DNA of 64,000 nt. Source: Plasmodiophora brassicae. Taxonomy: Eukaryota. Under the pieces are notes generated by a model. The model was not told where the DNA came from, searched no databases, and saw only the letters and a list, made by a program, of their open reading frames with translations. The DNA is taken from NCBI GenBank assembly GCA_036867785.1, contig CP145413.1:186001-250000 (forward strand). The letters run 5' to 3'. Below, piece after piece: positions 1 to 13,288 of this stretch (its first letter is position 1; every line of letters begins with the position of its first letter). The position numbers and the translations under genes are program-made.

Positions 1-86
1 GGTCGATCAATCCAAGTTTCACACGGCAGCTGGCAATTTATGCCGAGGCAGCAGCTGCACAATCGAGTGATTTACCGACTGAGTAG
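1..86 (+). CDS. 3' end of a probable dual-specificity protein phosphatase (partial, runs off window start)
   Basis: Frame 3 reads SINPSFTRQLAIYAEAAAAQSSDLPTE*, resembling the DUSP C-terminal (I/V)xPNxGFxxQLxxYE helix. Only 27 codons are visible. Confidence 0.4.
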   Translation, partial: SINPSFTRQLAIYAEAAAAQSSDLPTE

Positions 87-485
87 AGACGCATCTTGCG
101 TCCAAACACAGAGGGAACCAAGAAAATCGTTGCTCAATAGACACACCTGGGCAAGAGGCTTTAGGCGCTGCCTGAACTGTTCGCTGACACCGCGTGAACC
201 CCACGGCTGTTGAATGGAACGCCATGCCTGAGGTCACGTAACCGAGAACGCCGAACAGGCTCTGCTAATAACCCCGTTACTGTTATCCAAGAGTTTGAGG
301 AGCCTTTGGGGCTTCTGGAGCTTTACCATGCTGACCTGCTACTCGGGTGCGAACCTAATACAGACTCGACAACAACGCGGAACATGCGAAGACGACGAAG
401 TCGGCACGCATGATAGTTCCGTTTTCTCTTGCGCCCACAGTTCTTGCATTTGCCACCATAGAGCCTAGACTAGAAACCCAATACT

Positions 486-1370
486 TTACTCAGCAACATC
501 GAACGGAATGAAGGGCTGAAGGTGACATCTGAGAAGAAATTTAGTGTTCTCAGCATAACCTGAACGAACAATCTCACTGACCCGAGCAATCCGCGTCCAT
601 CCCATCGCCTGGGGGTCACGACAATGGTAATCGGATCGGCGAACCCGTCACGCGCAATGACTACAGCAATTGGGCGTTCAACGCTGCGGTGAACAAGTTC
701 GCCGACGGCACCCAGCGCGTCGCGTTCAGATTGATGACGAGCTAGGTTCACTGACCCGAACTGCAAGATTCGATCACCGGTCCGGCACCTGAAGGTATGA
801 GTTAGTCGGATTCACCAGAACCCAATCACCGTAAAGTACCCAGCGGTAAATGCTGGAGACCCTTCGTCGACGCTGTCGATAACAGCGAACGCGATCAACG
901 GTGCTGCCTCAGGAGGTCCAGGCTCAGTTACTTCAATATCAGTCGGCCTTTCGTCAGCTGAAACAACAGTGGGCAACGGCTGGTGCTGGGTCACAGGCAC
1001 TGCACACAACAATACAATAAGGGCGGCTGTGCAGAATAGCCAAACGCAAAAGACCTTCTGCGGGCGCCTTGTTGTTTCTCATAGCATCGTGGTATTCACC
1101 AAGGACGTCAGCCAGTCGAGCAACGACGCGTTTATGGTCGTTGAGAGCCGTCCGCATGGACTGCGCATGGATCCGCGCAGCGTGATGATCAACGTTCGGA
1201 AGCGGGAACCCCTCCGCATCCGTCAGGCGCAGCGGCAGCTGCGCCGGGTCCAGGCCCTGCGACGTCAGCCACGACTGCGCCGACTCGATCTCCAGCTCCA
1301 GCGCCTCCTTACGCGCCTCCAGGTCGCGCAGCTCGCCGCGCAGCTGCACCACGGCATCATTCGCCGACAT
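486..1370 (-). CDS. PSMD9: 26S proteasome assembly chaperone Nas2/p27 (Nas2_N + PDZ), multi-exon
   Basis: MSANDAVVQ...LTDAEGFPLPNVDHHAARI...NDHK (Nas2_N), FAVIDSVDEGSPAFTAG and VTPRRWDGRGLLG|CHLQPF (PDZ, GRGLLGC motif completed across a GT-AG intron). Stop TAA at 486-488. Confidence 0.9.
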
Positions 1371-1505
1371 GGCCGCGACCGGCAAAATGATTCTTCCGCG
1401 TTTGCCGTTGGGCGCGCGCGACCCGACACGCGGCGCACGTGCAGCAGATGCAGACTGCATCGCCAGTGAGCACGTTCCGCCGGCAAAGGTGCGGTATGCC
1501 ACTGG

Positions 1506-2054
1506 GTGGGTGGAGTTGGCTTGGTGAATCCGATCCAGCGCGCTGGATTTTTAACGCGCCTTGTCGCGTGTCCAGTCGAATCTTTGCTCATGTTGGCAGG
1601 GGTGGCGCGATTCCTGGGACGTCTGCAGTTAGCGCGGCAGAGGAGGAACCAGGAGAACCAGGCGAGGGTCGATGTGGCCTCGGTTGTGGAGGATGACCAG
1701 TTACCGCCGCTGCCAGGCGAGCAGATGTATAAGAAGAAACGGCAGGCGAAGCCGAAGAAGAAGCGCACCAAGAAGCGGATGAGTCTGAAGCCGGTCGATT
1801 CGTCGACTGAGGGAAGTACTGATACCAGCGTGTCGTGGTCGTGGTCGTCGAACAGCCGAAGCCGATCGCCGTCGCCTTCGCCTGTTGCTCGCGCTAACTC
1901 CAAGGGTAGGCGAGTCCATTTCGCCGACGAGGACGCGGCTGTGTCCAGTCCATCAAACAAGCACCATGTCGATGATTCGCTGTCCTCGACGGCCGCAGGC
2001 AGTAGTAAAAGGAAGGCCAGCGCTTCGATGCCGGCTCCACAATACGCATTCTAA
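1506..2054 (+). CDS. Hypothetical basic/Ser-rich protein with NLS-like tract and RVxF motif (5' end uncertain)
   Basis: Open frame with KKKRQAKPKKKRTKKR, RSRSPSPSP and KGRRVHFADE; divergent from PSMD9. Confidence 0.45.
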   Translation: MGGVGLVNPIQRAGFLTRLVACPVESLLMLAGVARFLGRLQLARQRRNQENQARVDVASVVEDDQLPPLPGEQMYKKKRQAKPKKKRTKKRMSLKPVDSSTEGSTDTSVSWSWSSNSRSRSPSPSPVARANSKGRRVHFADEDAAVSSPSNKHHVDDSLSSTAAGSSKRKASASMPAPQYAF

Positions 2055-2368
2055 TCCAAAGAGTAAACCTCACACTTACCGCACCCGTGTCTCTTTCCTC
2101 AGCAACGACCATCGGTTGGTGGAGTGTGGACGACAAACGCGAAGAGGGCGAACCGCGCGTCGTCGACCATAGAGTCATTGACCAGCATTGCTAGGCGTGC
2201 AAGCTAGGCAACGAATTGCGGTGCACGTTTGAAAAACGATGATGCTGCAGGCCAGCAGGTCGCCTCGCTGTGAGGGGCAAGAATGAGAATTATACATTTT
2301 GCGAGCAGTCACATTGGGAAGACGGGCTGCTGCAGTTGCGTTGTTGTAGTCAGGCTGCCCGCCGGCTG

Positions 2369-5300
2369 ATGCTGGCCGACGGCGGCGGCGGCAACGCCGC
2401 CTCGTTGTCGGCGGGCGACGTGCGCGTCTTGTCACTGATGGTCAGGCGTGCAGAAGTGGCAGCGGAGGGCGCCAACCCGACGCTGCTGGATGTGCTGCGT
2501 CAGTACGATGACGTGCTTCGGGAGAGCGGCATCGTCGTCGACGCCGAGGATTCTCGGTATTATAGTGCCGTCCTGCGCCTGAGTCGAATGCCCGGTGACG
2601 ACTGGTGGCGGAAGCTCGCCATATTGGGAGGCAGTTCGCGTGCCGATGACGGGCCGGACCCTCTATCCAAAGTCCCGACTCCGTTCCCGCGGGAGGTTCC
2701 CGGAAGCCAAGAGCTGGACCTTCAGAACCTGCCAATCGGCAAATGGTTTGTCAGCGAGTCGTTCGTCAAAGAGCCAGATCGTGATGAGGAGCGACCTCCA
2801 CTTGTCGAAGAGTGCTTACGCGCTTGGCGGGATTTCGTCGTTCGAGAAAAAGAAGAACGACGGAACATGCACGAGATGGCATTGGCTTGGCAAGTGGCCA
2901 CATCTTTCGAACGCAACCGTGCCACCAAGCGAGCGTTCTGCGCATGGCGAAACTATCTCGCGGCCATGGAAACAAAGGCAGTCGCGATGGACAAAGAGAG
3001 GCGAATATCTGTGGCGTGGACAACGTGGCGAAACTACTTCTCGACGTTCAGGCGAGAGCGCGATGTCCTTGTCAGAGCTGTTACGTTCTGGGCGTCAAAG
3101 ACGATGACGCATGTCTTCAAGGCATGGCAGACACATTCTCGGGCGTGCCATGCTGTTCGTTCGTGTCATGCGAATGCCATAAGGAGACAGTTTCTTCAAA
3201 CGTGGGCTGCTCGAACACGTCAAGAAGCGAAGTTCAGGGCTTGCGGTTCTGCCATACGGAAATCCCACAGGATGGCTGTCTTGAGATCAACTTGGGACCT
3301 GTGGCAGCATCTTGCTCATCAGAATGACGCTACGTTCCGTTGCGTGCAGTATGGAAGCACTTTGCTGTGTCGTCGCGCTCTTCAGGTACCAGTTAGTGAA
3401 TTGCCGCGACGGGATGTCTAACGTGTGCAATAGGCATGGAGGATTGCTTTGGCGCATTCAAGGCTGGTCGCGCTGTTTCGGTACAAGCACACCTTAAAAA
3501 CAGTCATATCTGCTTGGTCGCGCTACTCTAAGGCGCGAAATGAGTATGCTTCTACTATGTTCAAATCCGGCAAGCGAGCTAAATTGCAATGTCAGGCGAC
3601 TATTGCGTGAAGAGAGATCAGTTAGCGAAGTCGCTCTCGTCATCGTTCGTTCCAAGTTCCGCCGTTGGCGTCTCATTGTTGGGCGCAGGCGAGCATTCAG
3701 CATAATCGAACGTATCATGGTATCAGCGATGATGCGATCGGTGTTCCTCACTATGCACAACGATGCACTTGATTCACTGCACAAGAAGATGAAGTGGGGC
3801 CTTGCATGTGCGCATGCAGAATTTGTTGCCATGCGGGCTGCGGTACGCTTCTGGTGGGAGGACACTAGACGACAACGGGACTATTCGTCGCGAAAAGTAA
3901 CATTTCGCCGGATGCGGGCGAGAAACGTCATGCGGTATTTCATGTCCCTGTGGCATGGGCTCGCTTGTGACGCAATGAAGTAATACCGGCTATCTCTTCT
4001 GTCGAATGTCGTCTCAACTTTATCCGCAGGCACCGTTCGGATATCGCTCGAGCCATTCAGCACCACGATCGCTATCGGGTTCTGTCCGCGCTGCGATCAT
4101 GGGAACAGTTTAAGAAAACCCGATCGGAACGTGAGCGCATGTACCTGAGCGGCCTTGCTCACTGGGTTCAACGCTGCGCATCGTCTTGCATGGCATGGTG
4201 GAAAAGCTGGGCAAATGCGAGACGCCAAAGGCGAAGACTGTTAACGGTTGCGGATGATCATGCTCACCGAGGGCACATGACCTTGGCGTTTCGTTCATGG
4301 CGCAAGCTTTGCCTGAGACGCCATACCCAGATAACCGCGGTTCAGTCTATGATGTCTCGCTTTTCCGTTTCGACTTACTGGGGTTACTGGAGGCAACAGC
4401 TGTCATTGAAGCGTTTCGTTTTCGCTCTTCGGCGCGTGATCTGCGTTGACCAGGAGCGTTATGTTTTCAACGCATGGCGTGGCTATACAACCCGCCTCTC
4501 GCTTCACCGGGCGGCAAGTTCCAAGTTTGCTCGAGACCGCTTACGTCAAGCGTTTCTGCAGTGGGCTCTGCACTGGCGTCAGCGACAGATCATATCACGC
4601 GTGTTTGCCATACTTTATCGCTTGGAGATACGCTCAGCTATGAACACTTGGGCATCTGTCTGCGCTAAAGAACGTTACACCATCCGTCTTGGGGAGTCCT
4701 TTCGCGCCAAGCAACAGAGGTCGCTCCTTAAACGCGCCCTTAGTTCGTGGATTAGACAGTAAGGTTTTCGACAAGGTTTCCATTGGCTTTTACTGACGTC
4801 CCGTTTGTAGATGGGCATTTCGCCTGGGGGTTCGTCGTCTATCACGTGCAGTTAGCCATGCTGAACTGCGGAAATGCCAGCGAGACGCGTTTCAGCGATG
4901 GCGGCGGTTACTACCTGCACTGCAAGAAACGCAACGTGGCATTTTATTACTTCAGTCCCGGGTCAGGCGCAATGCTCTACGCTGCCATCTATCGGCATGG
5001 GCTGCGTTGACAAACTACTTTTGTCGGCTCTACCGGGTCAGACGACATGCCGCTTTTCGGATTTGGGTTAGACAAACTCAGGTATGCGAGTGCTGCGTTC
5101 TCCTCGTTGCTCGCTTATATATCGTTCTCGATACAGACAAACCTCGTAATACGCCCCTTCGTACGACGCAAGCGTTTAGGGAGGGCAATTCGCGCTTTCA
5201 AAAACGTTGTATCGAGGAAGGCCAGACACTGTGCCGACATTGCATTGGCTAGAATGCTCCTCCGCAGGCGTATTTTGACAGCATGGTCTAAACTTGCTGG

Positions 5301-8300
5301 CGATGCCCGTACAATGCGTGTACAAGAGACCAAGATCGCGAGGTTCACTACCAAGCGGTGCCTGAATTTCTGGAAACGCGTCGCGTCGCGTTCTCGGGGT
5401 CACCGCATAATGGCCATTCAGGTGGGAAACAGCGCAAAGCTCCGTTTGGTTTCGTTAGCTTTCAGACGGTGGCGCAACGCATTCTCGCAAGTTCTGCATC
5501 TGCTTGAGAACCTGCATCAGGCCGAGATGTACTGCTGCCGTCGGAAGCTCACCCATGCCATCCGTCATTTTCGTGTCTACGCGCTTCGACGAGGGCAGAT
5601 CAGAAGTTTGACGAGCGTCGCAATGGTCCGCATTGCCCTTCATCGATGGCATCGCGTCGCTGCTAATTGTTGCCGATATCGTGGCCTTGCAAACACTGTG
5701 GATATGTTTCGTTTGCGAAAGAGCATCAAGCAACTCCATGCCTTCGCTCGAGGACGCAACATGTATCGCGAAATGCAAAAGCGTGCAGACAGTCTTTGCA
5801 CATTCCTTACCTTCAGGAGATGGTATCGTCTGACGCCCACCCTCAGCCTGATGTCATCCACTTCCTCCGCGTTCGCCCGTCTCTCCCGAAACTGCCGTTT
5901 ACGTATGACTTTCGGCGCATGGCTGAAGACCTGGCTCCGAAGGCAAAGGTCCAAGAGATCTGCGGTCCGCATGATCGCTGCCATGGTATATTCGCAAGAG
6001 CGCCGCGCATTTAATAGCTGGATACGATTTGCACGCGACCATATCACTACTGGTGTAATTCGTCTCCTAGCCATGAGGGCTTCGATGCGTCAAGCCTGGC
6101 ACATTTGGCTACAGGGCTTCAGGTGTCGACAACTGTCTGTCCGGATCTCACAGAGGCGTCGCGCTGATCTTCTGCGGAATTGTGTTCAAGAATGGAAGAC
6201 GTTCATCATCGCTTCGAAGCTGCGAAGGGAATGTATTTCCAATCTATGCGTCAAGCTGATACATCCAAGTTGGATGCGAATTGTTGGCCAATCGGCAATC
6301 GCAAGCTGGCGAAATTGGGCCCTACGACAACGCTGTTTGCGAGGGTTATGCGAAGCGTTCGCTGAACGTCGGCGGCCGTCACGCGCCAGTAAGGTATTGC
6401 GGGCTTGGCTGATTCTATATGGCGCCGTTAAAGTCGGCCAGGTAAGGCAATGTCACCTTCAGGGCATCTCGCGTTGCTGACATCTGCTCTAGGTCGTCGT
6501 TTTAAAGGCCCATTTTCTAGCGTTGAAGCAGAGGACATATCAGTCAAAATGCTTCAGCGAGTTCAGAAGGTCTCGTCTTTCAAAGTCACGGTTCTTCTAC
6601 TTCGAGGCATGGCAATTTCGAATCACTCGACGCTACCATGAGCGCAATCTCGTTGCATCGACCCGTATATTACACAGTTCACAGCTGGTACGACAAATCG
6701 TGTCATGTTGGCGGGCTACTACACGGCGCCTCCAATCAGGGCGAATTTGTAACGCTAAGCGACATCGTTCACTGGTCACGTCCCATTTTGTTGCTTGGTA
6801 AGAGCGTCATTTGAAGGCACCCCTCGTTTCAAGATGGTTTATACTTTGCTTTAGGCAGCGCGCCGTCCACGTTTCTGTTATTGCTCGCCAAGAGGTATTT
6901 GTCAAGTCAGATTGCTGGACTGCAGTCGGTGACCTGACTACGTTACCAGGTTGGTGGCTTTATACAGCGCTGCTCACCATCTGTATCTCGGTCGTTATTC
7001 GACAGAGATGGTAGAGGAGGCGCACCCGCATTGACTGTTACTGCGTTTTATGCGCATGTCCCTGTGGCCCATCCGTGGTCCCGCCTGTCACTCATTCGTT
7101 CGGCCATCAAGAGCTGGGTGCACGTCCACGAACGATTCTCGTTCAGCAAATGGCGAACATATGTTGCTGGCCGAATTGCGAACCGTGCACTTTGCTCTCT
7201 GGGATCAACCGCTTTCGACTCCAGACGGCGACGGCAAGCAATTCGGGTATGGGTTGCCTTCTCTCGAAGACGTCGGATGGGAAAGGCATCGCGAATGATG
7301 CATGCTATCAGCTTGCGTTCTCGTTACTGGCAGTTGTGGGTCGCTGGCTATACAGATGCACGTACAAGAGAAATCCTTCTGAAACGGGCGACGTTGCACT
7401 ATCATCGTACTTGCCTGTCGTGGTTCCAAAGTTGTTGCCGCCAACTTGGTGTAATAAGAAGCGCGTCCTCTCAAGTTTTAGCGATGCACCTACGTTTGCA
7501 GAGCAGGGTCGCGCTGATTGGTTGGTGGCGCAGGCTTACGAGTCTCAAGACTGCCTGTCGACAAGTTCAGGCTGGACGCTTCTTGAAACCGACCTTGTCG
7601 ATTTGGATTGCGCGGTGGCGCCAGCGATCGGAACGCACAAAGTCGCTGCATGCCAGTATCCAATCGCGTCGTCGAGATAGATTGTGTCATACGTTCCTGG
7701 CATGGCGCCAAGTGACAAGCCAATCAGCAGAGCTTCGAACGATCATTCGTGGATTCCGCTCCTATTACGACGGCAGAACAGCGGCACTGTGCTTCATCAA
7801 TTGGCGTGACTATTCTCGTCGGCACCAAGCATTCTTGAGTAGCATCTACAGGATCTACTACAAGAGCACGGCCGGGTGTGCGCTCGTCAACTGGATCAAC
7901 GCGGTACGCATCTCTAAACGTCTTCGCTGTCTCGAAAACAACTACAGGTGCATCGACATTCAGCAACTTCGCAAACTCGTGATTACTGACCATCGTCGGT
8001 GTAGGTTCTTCCAAAAGAAGTGTCGCGCCAGAATGCGTCGGAGCATTCTGAATCACTGGGTTCGCGTCACCAGGACAAAATCGACTGTTCACCACCTTGA
8101 ACGACGTGCAGTATTGATACGATACTTCAGACGTCTCAAAACGTCTGTGGTCAATCGTCAACGTGACCAGTGGCTTCGTGATGCCATCGGTCACTCACGT
8201 CGGATTAGTCTCCGTCGAGCCGTCTTTCGCGCTTGGTTTGCATCCACTTCACGTATCACGTCGACAAGGCACACGCAGATGTCCACCGCATTACTCACTT

Positions 8301-11119
8301 GGAAAGACGTCGTTCGGCGGGAACGTCAGCTGAAATTGCTTGCCATGGCTGCCCGTGCGCAATGTGTACCTCATCAGCTGCGTCGGATTCGTCGTTTGAT
8401 GTTCCGCCGATGGGTTACAGCGTTCAGATGTTCCAAGATTGGTTCAGAGGTCTCGGCCCACCACGTCATCCATTCGAAACATATTCTGACTCGTTGGGCC
8501 CTGAACGTCTGGAAGAACATGCTCGTCGCGCATCGAGATCAGCGGGCCGCTATCAGGAACCGCAGACGCTCCGATTTGGCATCGTCCTGGGACCGATGGC
8601 GATCAGCACTTGCTCGCAGTCGGGCATGCCGACGCGTGCTGGCTTGTGGCAGCGCCATGTGCCTTCGTAATGCTCTTGCTGTCTGGGCGCACACTCTATT
8701 GTCACATCGTGCCGATCAAGCGGCTGTGTCATTCTACTGGAGACGATGGCGAACTCGGCGTTGTCGAGCCGTCCTCATTAGATCGCGCAGGCGGTTCATA
8801 TTACATCACTGGGGACAGGCCGTCCTCGATTCTAAAAAGGAGAAGGTAATCGCAATGAAGCGAAGACCACGTCTCTTGCGGACAGCCTTAAGTGCATGGC
8901 GGTCCCTTGGCGCTGCGCTTGCTTTCGAAGAGTATGCCGGCGATCATTTTCTTAGACGGTAATGCTGATAGTGATTGCAGGAAGAGCCTCCTGAAACGTG
9001 CGTTCATGAGGTGGTTCGATATGCTTCGCCTTCTGCAACTGACACGTACCGCTTACCGAACTGTGTTTACGCTGTGGCGAAATTTCGTCGACGATAGTCG
9101 GCATCAGCGATCCAGACTGGCTGCTCTTGGACAACGTCTTTTTACCAGGCAGGTATGGCAACACTGGAGACGTGCAATCGAGCTGTCCAAGGCAGTGCAC
9201 CAGTGGCAACGGAATTGGACGTATGCTGCTCGGCGCCATGCAATTGATCTCCTGAAATCGAACGCTATTCGGCACACATCCATGCAAGCTCGCATCCGCT
9301 TGATCCGGCAGATGCGGCAACGCCACCTCCTTCAACGTTTTCAGCTCCTTGTGCTCTGCAACCATCTTGGACGACGGTCATTGCGGTTTCGAACATGGCA
9401 AAGGTTCCGTGCTGTGACAGGCCGCCTCATGCTCATGCGCCAAACTAGTGACAAGGTTGCTGAGTCAACCAAGGCACTCGCTCGCCGGCAGGCGTTCCAA
9501 TCATGGATGGACTGGACTCGTCGTAAATGCCGTGTTCGCGCTCGCCGGTGTGGGCCTTGTCTGAAGGCTTGGAGGAGATGGGTCGTTCGTCGGAATGCTC
9601 TTGCTGCTATCCGAATCGTACGCTATCGGTTGCTGAGAAACGATTAAGTGTTAACGACTGCCAACAGGAAGTCAAGGCCAACATCCGACGTCGGAGGTTT
9701 CGAGCCTGGCGCCAGTTATTCTCGTGCATGGTGCGTTTCTCTGTCTTTCTGTTTGGAGCAGACTAGGGACTGATATTTACCAGAAACATTCCCGACGTGC
9801 TGTTGTCGCTTCTGCTTTTACAAGATGGGACACAGCTGTAATGTTCCGGCGCGCTGACGTCCACTACAACCGCTTTCTGTATCGTTCAGCCCAACAGGCT
9901 ATTGAAACCTGGCAACATGTCGTTCGATTGCACCGCCGACAGGGTACGTTTGTATCCAGTATTCTACAGTCATGCTGGACATTTACTCTTCGGATCGCAG
10001 ACGAGAAAGCAGCAAGGCACGTGCAGCGCAAGACGTCGCAGTTAGCACGACAGTGTTTCTCGATCTGGCACGACGTGTCAGCAGACCGTATCGAATCTCG
10101 CCATCTTCTGGACAAAGCCGCGTTGCATTGTACATTTCGCAGTCGTCGCTGTGCCATAGGTTAATGGGGAAGCGTTTGCAGTTTTCGCTCCAGAGGCTTA
10201 CCCTATTTCCTGCAGGACGGCTTAGGGAGTGGGCGCAGCAGAGCATTGAAAGAACGCAACGGCAAGTCGTTCGCGCTGTTGAACACCACCGCATGCGTCT
10301 TCTGTCTACCGTATTTCTTGCCATCTCGTGCTATTGCAAAGAACGCCACCAATGGAGAACGCGCCCAGTGAGTGACGTAAAGGATGGCGTCGGTGTGAAA
10401 TTTTCCAGTTGACCGCTTGTGCAGGACGTTGCCTCTTTCGTTGAACGCAAGAAGATCATCGGCTTAGCTTCTGCGCTCCATGCTTGGCATGCTGTGACTT
10501 CGGTCCGCTCCAGAGCGCGATTATGGATTGCAAATCGAATCATTCAGCACGCCGCCAAGTGCCTGCGTTTATGGAAAACGCTGACACATCGCAGGTACCT
10601 AATCTCTAACGTTTCCCGTGCTCTCATATGTCCCTGCGTACTGAGAGGTTGCCATTGCAGAAAGCGTCTTGCGCGAAAGCTCGTCATTGCAGGCGAATAC
10701 TATACGATGAAGGTTCGGGCACAGGTCTTCTCAAGCTGGCACAGCTGCGCCCGAGTCGCGGCCTGGAGACGCCAGAACAGCAACGTGGACAGGAGTGCGG
10801 AGGATGATGGCGATGAGGTATGCACGACCGTGGCTCATCCGCCTGAAGCGTAACGGTGGCTTCAGACGACCATACAAACGGCCAGTCAGATGCTGGATGC
10901 CGTCCTGCGGTCGGTGCTTCGGAGCCGGCAATCCGACCGTGTGCATTCCTGCTGATGCCCAAGCAAGTACAGCTTCGAATTATCAAGGACAGTATTTATA
11001 CAATTGCTCAACTACAGGAACGTGCCTGGTTCGTATTCGAAATCGGGGCTACCATACCTTGGTCGCCCTTCTCAGTGCGGTCGGACAATGTGACCTCGGT
11101 TGTCGGCGGTGATCGCTAG
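2369..11119 (+). CDS. SFI1: Very large Sfi1-like centrin-binding repeat protein (many exons; 3' end 10955-11119 uncertain)
   Basis: N-terminal LLDVLRQYDDVLRESGI..DSRYYSAVLRL..WWRKL segment typical of Sfi1 homologues, then ~8 kb of Arg-rich repeats ending in [FLW]xxW[RK] (AFCAWR, AFRRWR, AFNSWI, VFSSWH), split by ~50-nt GT-AG introns. Confidence 0.85.
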
Positions 11120-11176
11120 CAGTGGTCAAGCGGCAATGCCTCATAAGTCTGTGATGCATCAGCCATCATACTCACT

Positions 11177-12949
11177 TTATTCTAACTGGCAGAGGATCTC
11201 GTCTCTCTGACTGCGAAGCAATGCATCCGTTCGGGCGTGGTCCGCCTCCATGGTCCGGATCTTGTCACGAAGCGCGATGATGGCGGCGTCTTTTCCGGCG
11301 ATAGCCTGGCGTACCTGCTGTTCCAGCTCGGCCATCTCCTTTTCTTTCTCGCGCCTCGCCTCATCCAGCGCCCGAGACACTTCGTTGACCTTCGCCCCGC
11401 ATCGCTCCCTAAGCTCCTGCATTGCGCAAACGTTCTCCTTCCTGGCGTCCTCGAGTCTTTGCCGCGCCAGCCGCTCCTTCCCATTCGCATCGTCGACACT
11501 CTCTTGAAGCGCTGCGACTTCCCATTCCTGCCAACATGTCACAAACCGTGTCTCACCGTACGACTTCGCGACATCGACCACCTTCTCCGTCAGCTTGAAC
11601 GACAGCGTCTTCACCGTCTGCCTGGACGTGGCGAGGGCGTCCTCCGCCTCTGTCAGCTGCGCCTCGAGGGCCTCGATCCGGCTCGTCAGCCGATGTTCCC
11701 GGTCGGCCAGTGTCCGGCGAAGGTCGGCGAGCTCCTCGCACTTCTCGCGCAGTTCCTCCTGCGCCGCAGCTTTGGCCTGTCGAGCCTCCACCGCCAACCT
11801 GTCAATCACCAGACGAATCTGTGCGTCCCGATCCGATTCCGCCTGCATCCGAATCGCATTCACCTGCCCGCTTACGCGATCAGGCCGCTAGATGGGCGTC
11901 CGGCGTATGTAGGCGCAACGAACCTTCTCGTCGAGTGACACGTCTGGAACTGGTGCACAAGTCGCCGTCACGGGTTCCGACCGCACCGCCTCAACTGCCT
12001 TCGCGAGCCGGTTCCGGTCGTCCAAGGCGCTGTCCAGCTCGCGTCGCAACTTGCGGATCGCCTCCTCGAACGCGCGCTTCGCTTCGTCGCGCTCCAGGTC
12101 GGCTCGTCGGAGAAGGTCCTCGCGATCACGCTCTGCTTTCCGTTTGAACTCCTCGACGGCCAAGTCGCGCTCCATCGTGAGCCTTGCCAGACGCTCCTGG
12201 GCGGAGCGGCGTTCTTCTTCGAGGGCACGACCGTGCTGTGCATCCAGGTCGGATTTCATCTGCGCTAACGCCTCGCGGTCCATCTCGATGCGCTGACGAA
12301 GGGCTTCATCCTTGTCGGCGGCAGCGCGACGCTTCTCCTCGGCATTGGCGTCGAGCAGGCGCTGGATCTCGGGTTCCAGCGCGCGAATCGTGTCTTGCTT
12401 GATGGTCGCGCGCATCTGCTCGATGATCTTATCGCGTCTGGCCTTCTCAGCCGCCCGTACCATCTCCCGGATCTTCTTCTCGCGCTTCGCCTCGTCTTCC
12501 TTTACGCGCTCCAGCTTCAGGGCCGTCTCTTTCTCCCTGCGATCCCGGGCATCGAGCAGCTCGTCGACTTTCTTCGACAATGCTTCCTTTTCGGCCAGAA
12601 TCTCTCTGGCGAACGTCTGCTGGCGTTCAATGGCTGCTTCGTATTCGTCGCGCAGCCTGCGACAGTGCCCCGCGTGTTCATCGTGGAGCCGGGACAAAGC
12701 CTGATCGGACGAGATCTTCCGCGCGGACAAAGCCTCGTTGGCTAACTGAAGCTCTTTCTGGGTCTCCTCGAGGCGGAACTGGAGCGACACCATCTTCTGT
12801 CGGATGTCGGCGAACACCGACGCGGCAAAGGTCGACGCCTGCGGCACGCCGTCGGCGCCATCATCAGCCCGGACTGGACACGGGCCACCATGTTCCTCCT
12901 CGCCGATCTCACGCGACAGGAACTGGAGCAGGCTTTCCTTGGCCGACAT
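11177..12949 (-). CDS. CEP131: CEP131/AZI1-like centrosomal coiled-coil protein
   Basis: YEAAIERQQTFAREILAEKEALSKK, TIRALEPEIQRLL, RDAQIRLVIDRL and VRQAIAGKDAAIIALR match the conserved C-terminal half of CEP131. Confidence 0.85.
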
Positions 12950-13288
12950 TGGCCGGTTGGGCCGCCAGCGGTGGACTGGAGCGTATCGCCCTGTGACCTG
13001 ACGACCGGCTGACTGTAGCATGCCTGTATATTACACACAGCGTCGATCCGGCCGCGACAGCGTTCAGTTGCTATGGACTGCAACAGGAACCCGGTTCGGG
13101 TGTGCAGCACCGGACATCTCCTCCCGGTCCATCAGTGAACTCACAAACGCGAAGCGCTGCAGCAAGAAACGTCGCAGATCGCGAGTTGTTTTTTGCAGCC
13201 GTCCGTCAGGCGACGTCGTGTTCTGCCCAAAATTGGTGCTGTGTCAGCGCCAGCGACAGGCGGCGGTCCATTTGGCAAACGTGGTGTG

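Noticed and set aside
210-413. 67-aa plus-strand ORF
   Set aside because: Non-ATG start, lies between two convergent stop codons, and has no homology cues.
11182-13001. Numerous long antisense and alternate-frame ORFs over CEP131 (also over the DOMON, 7TM and PKA-R genes)
   Set aside because: Shadow ORFs expected from high GC3 codon bias; low-complexity translations with no motifs.
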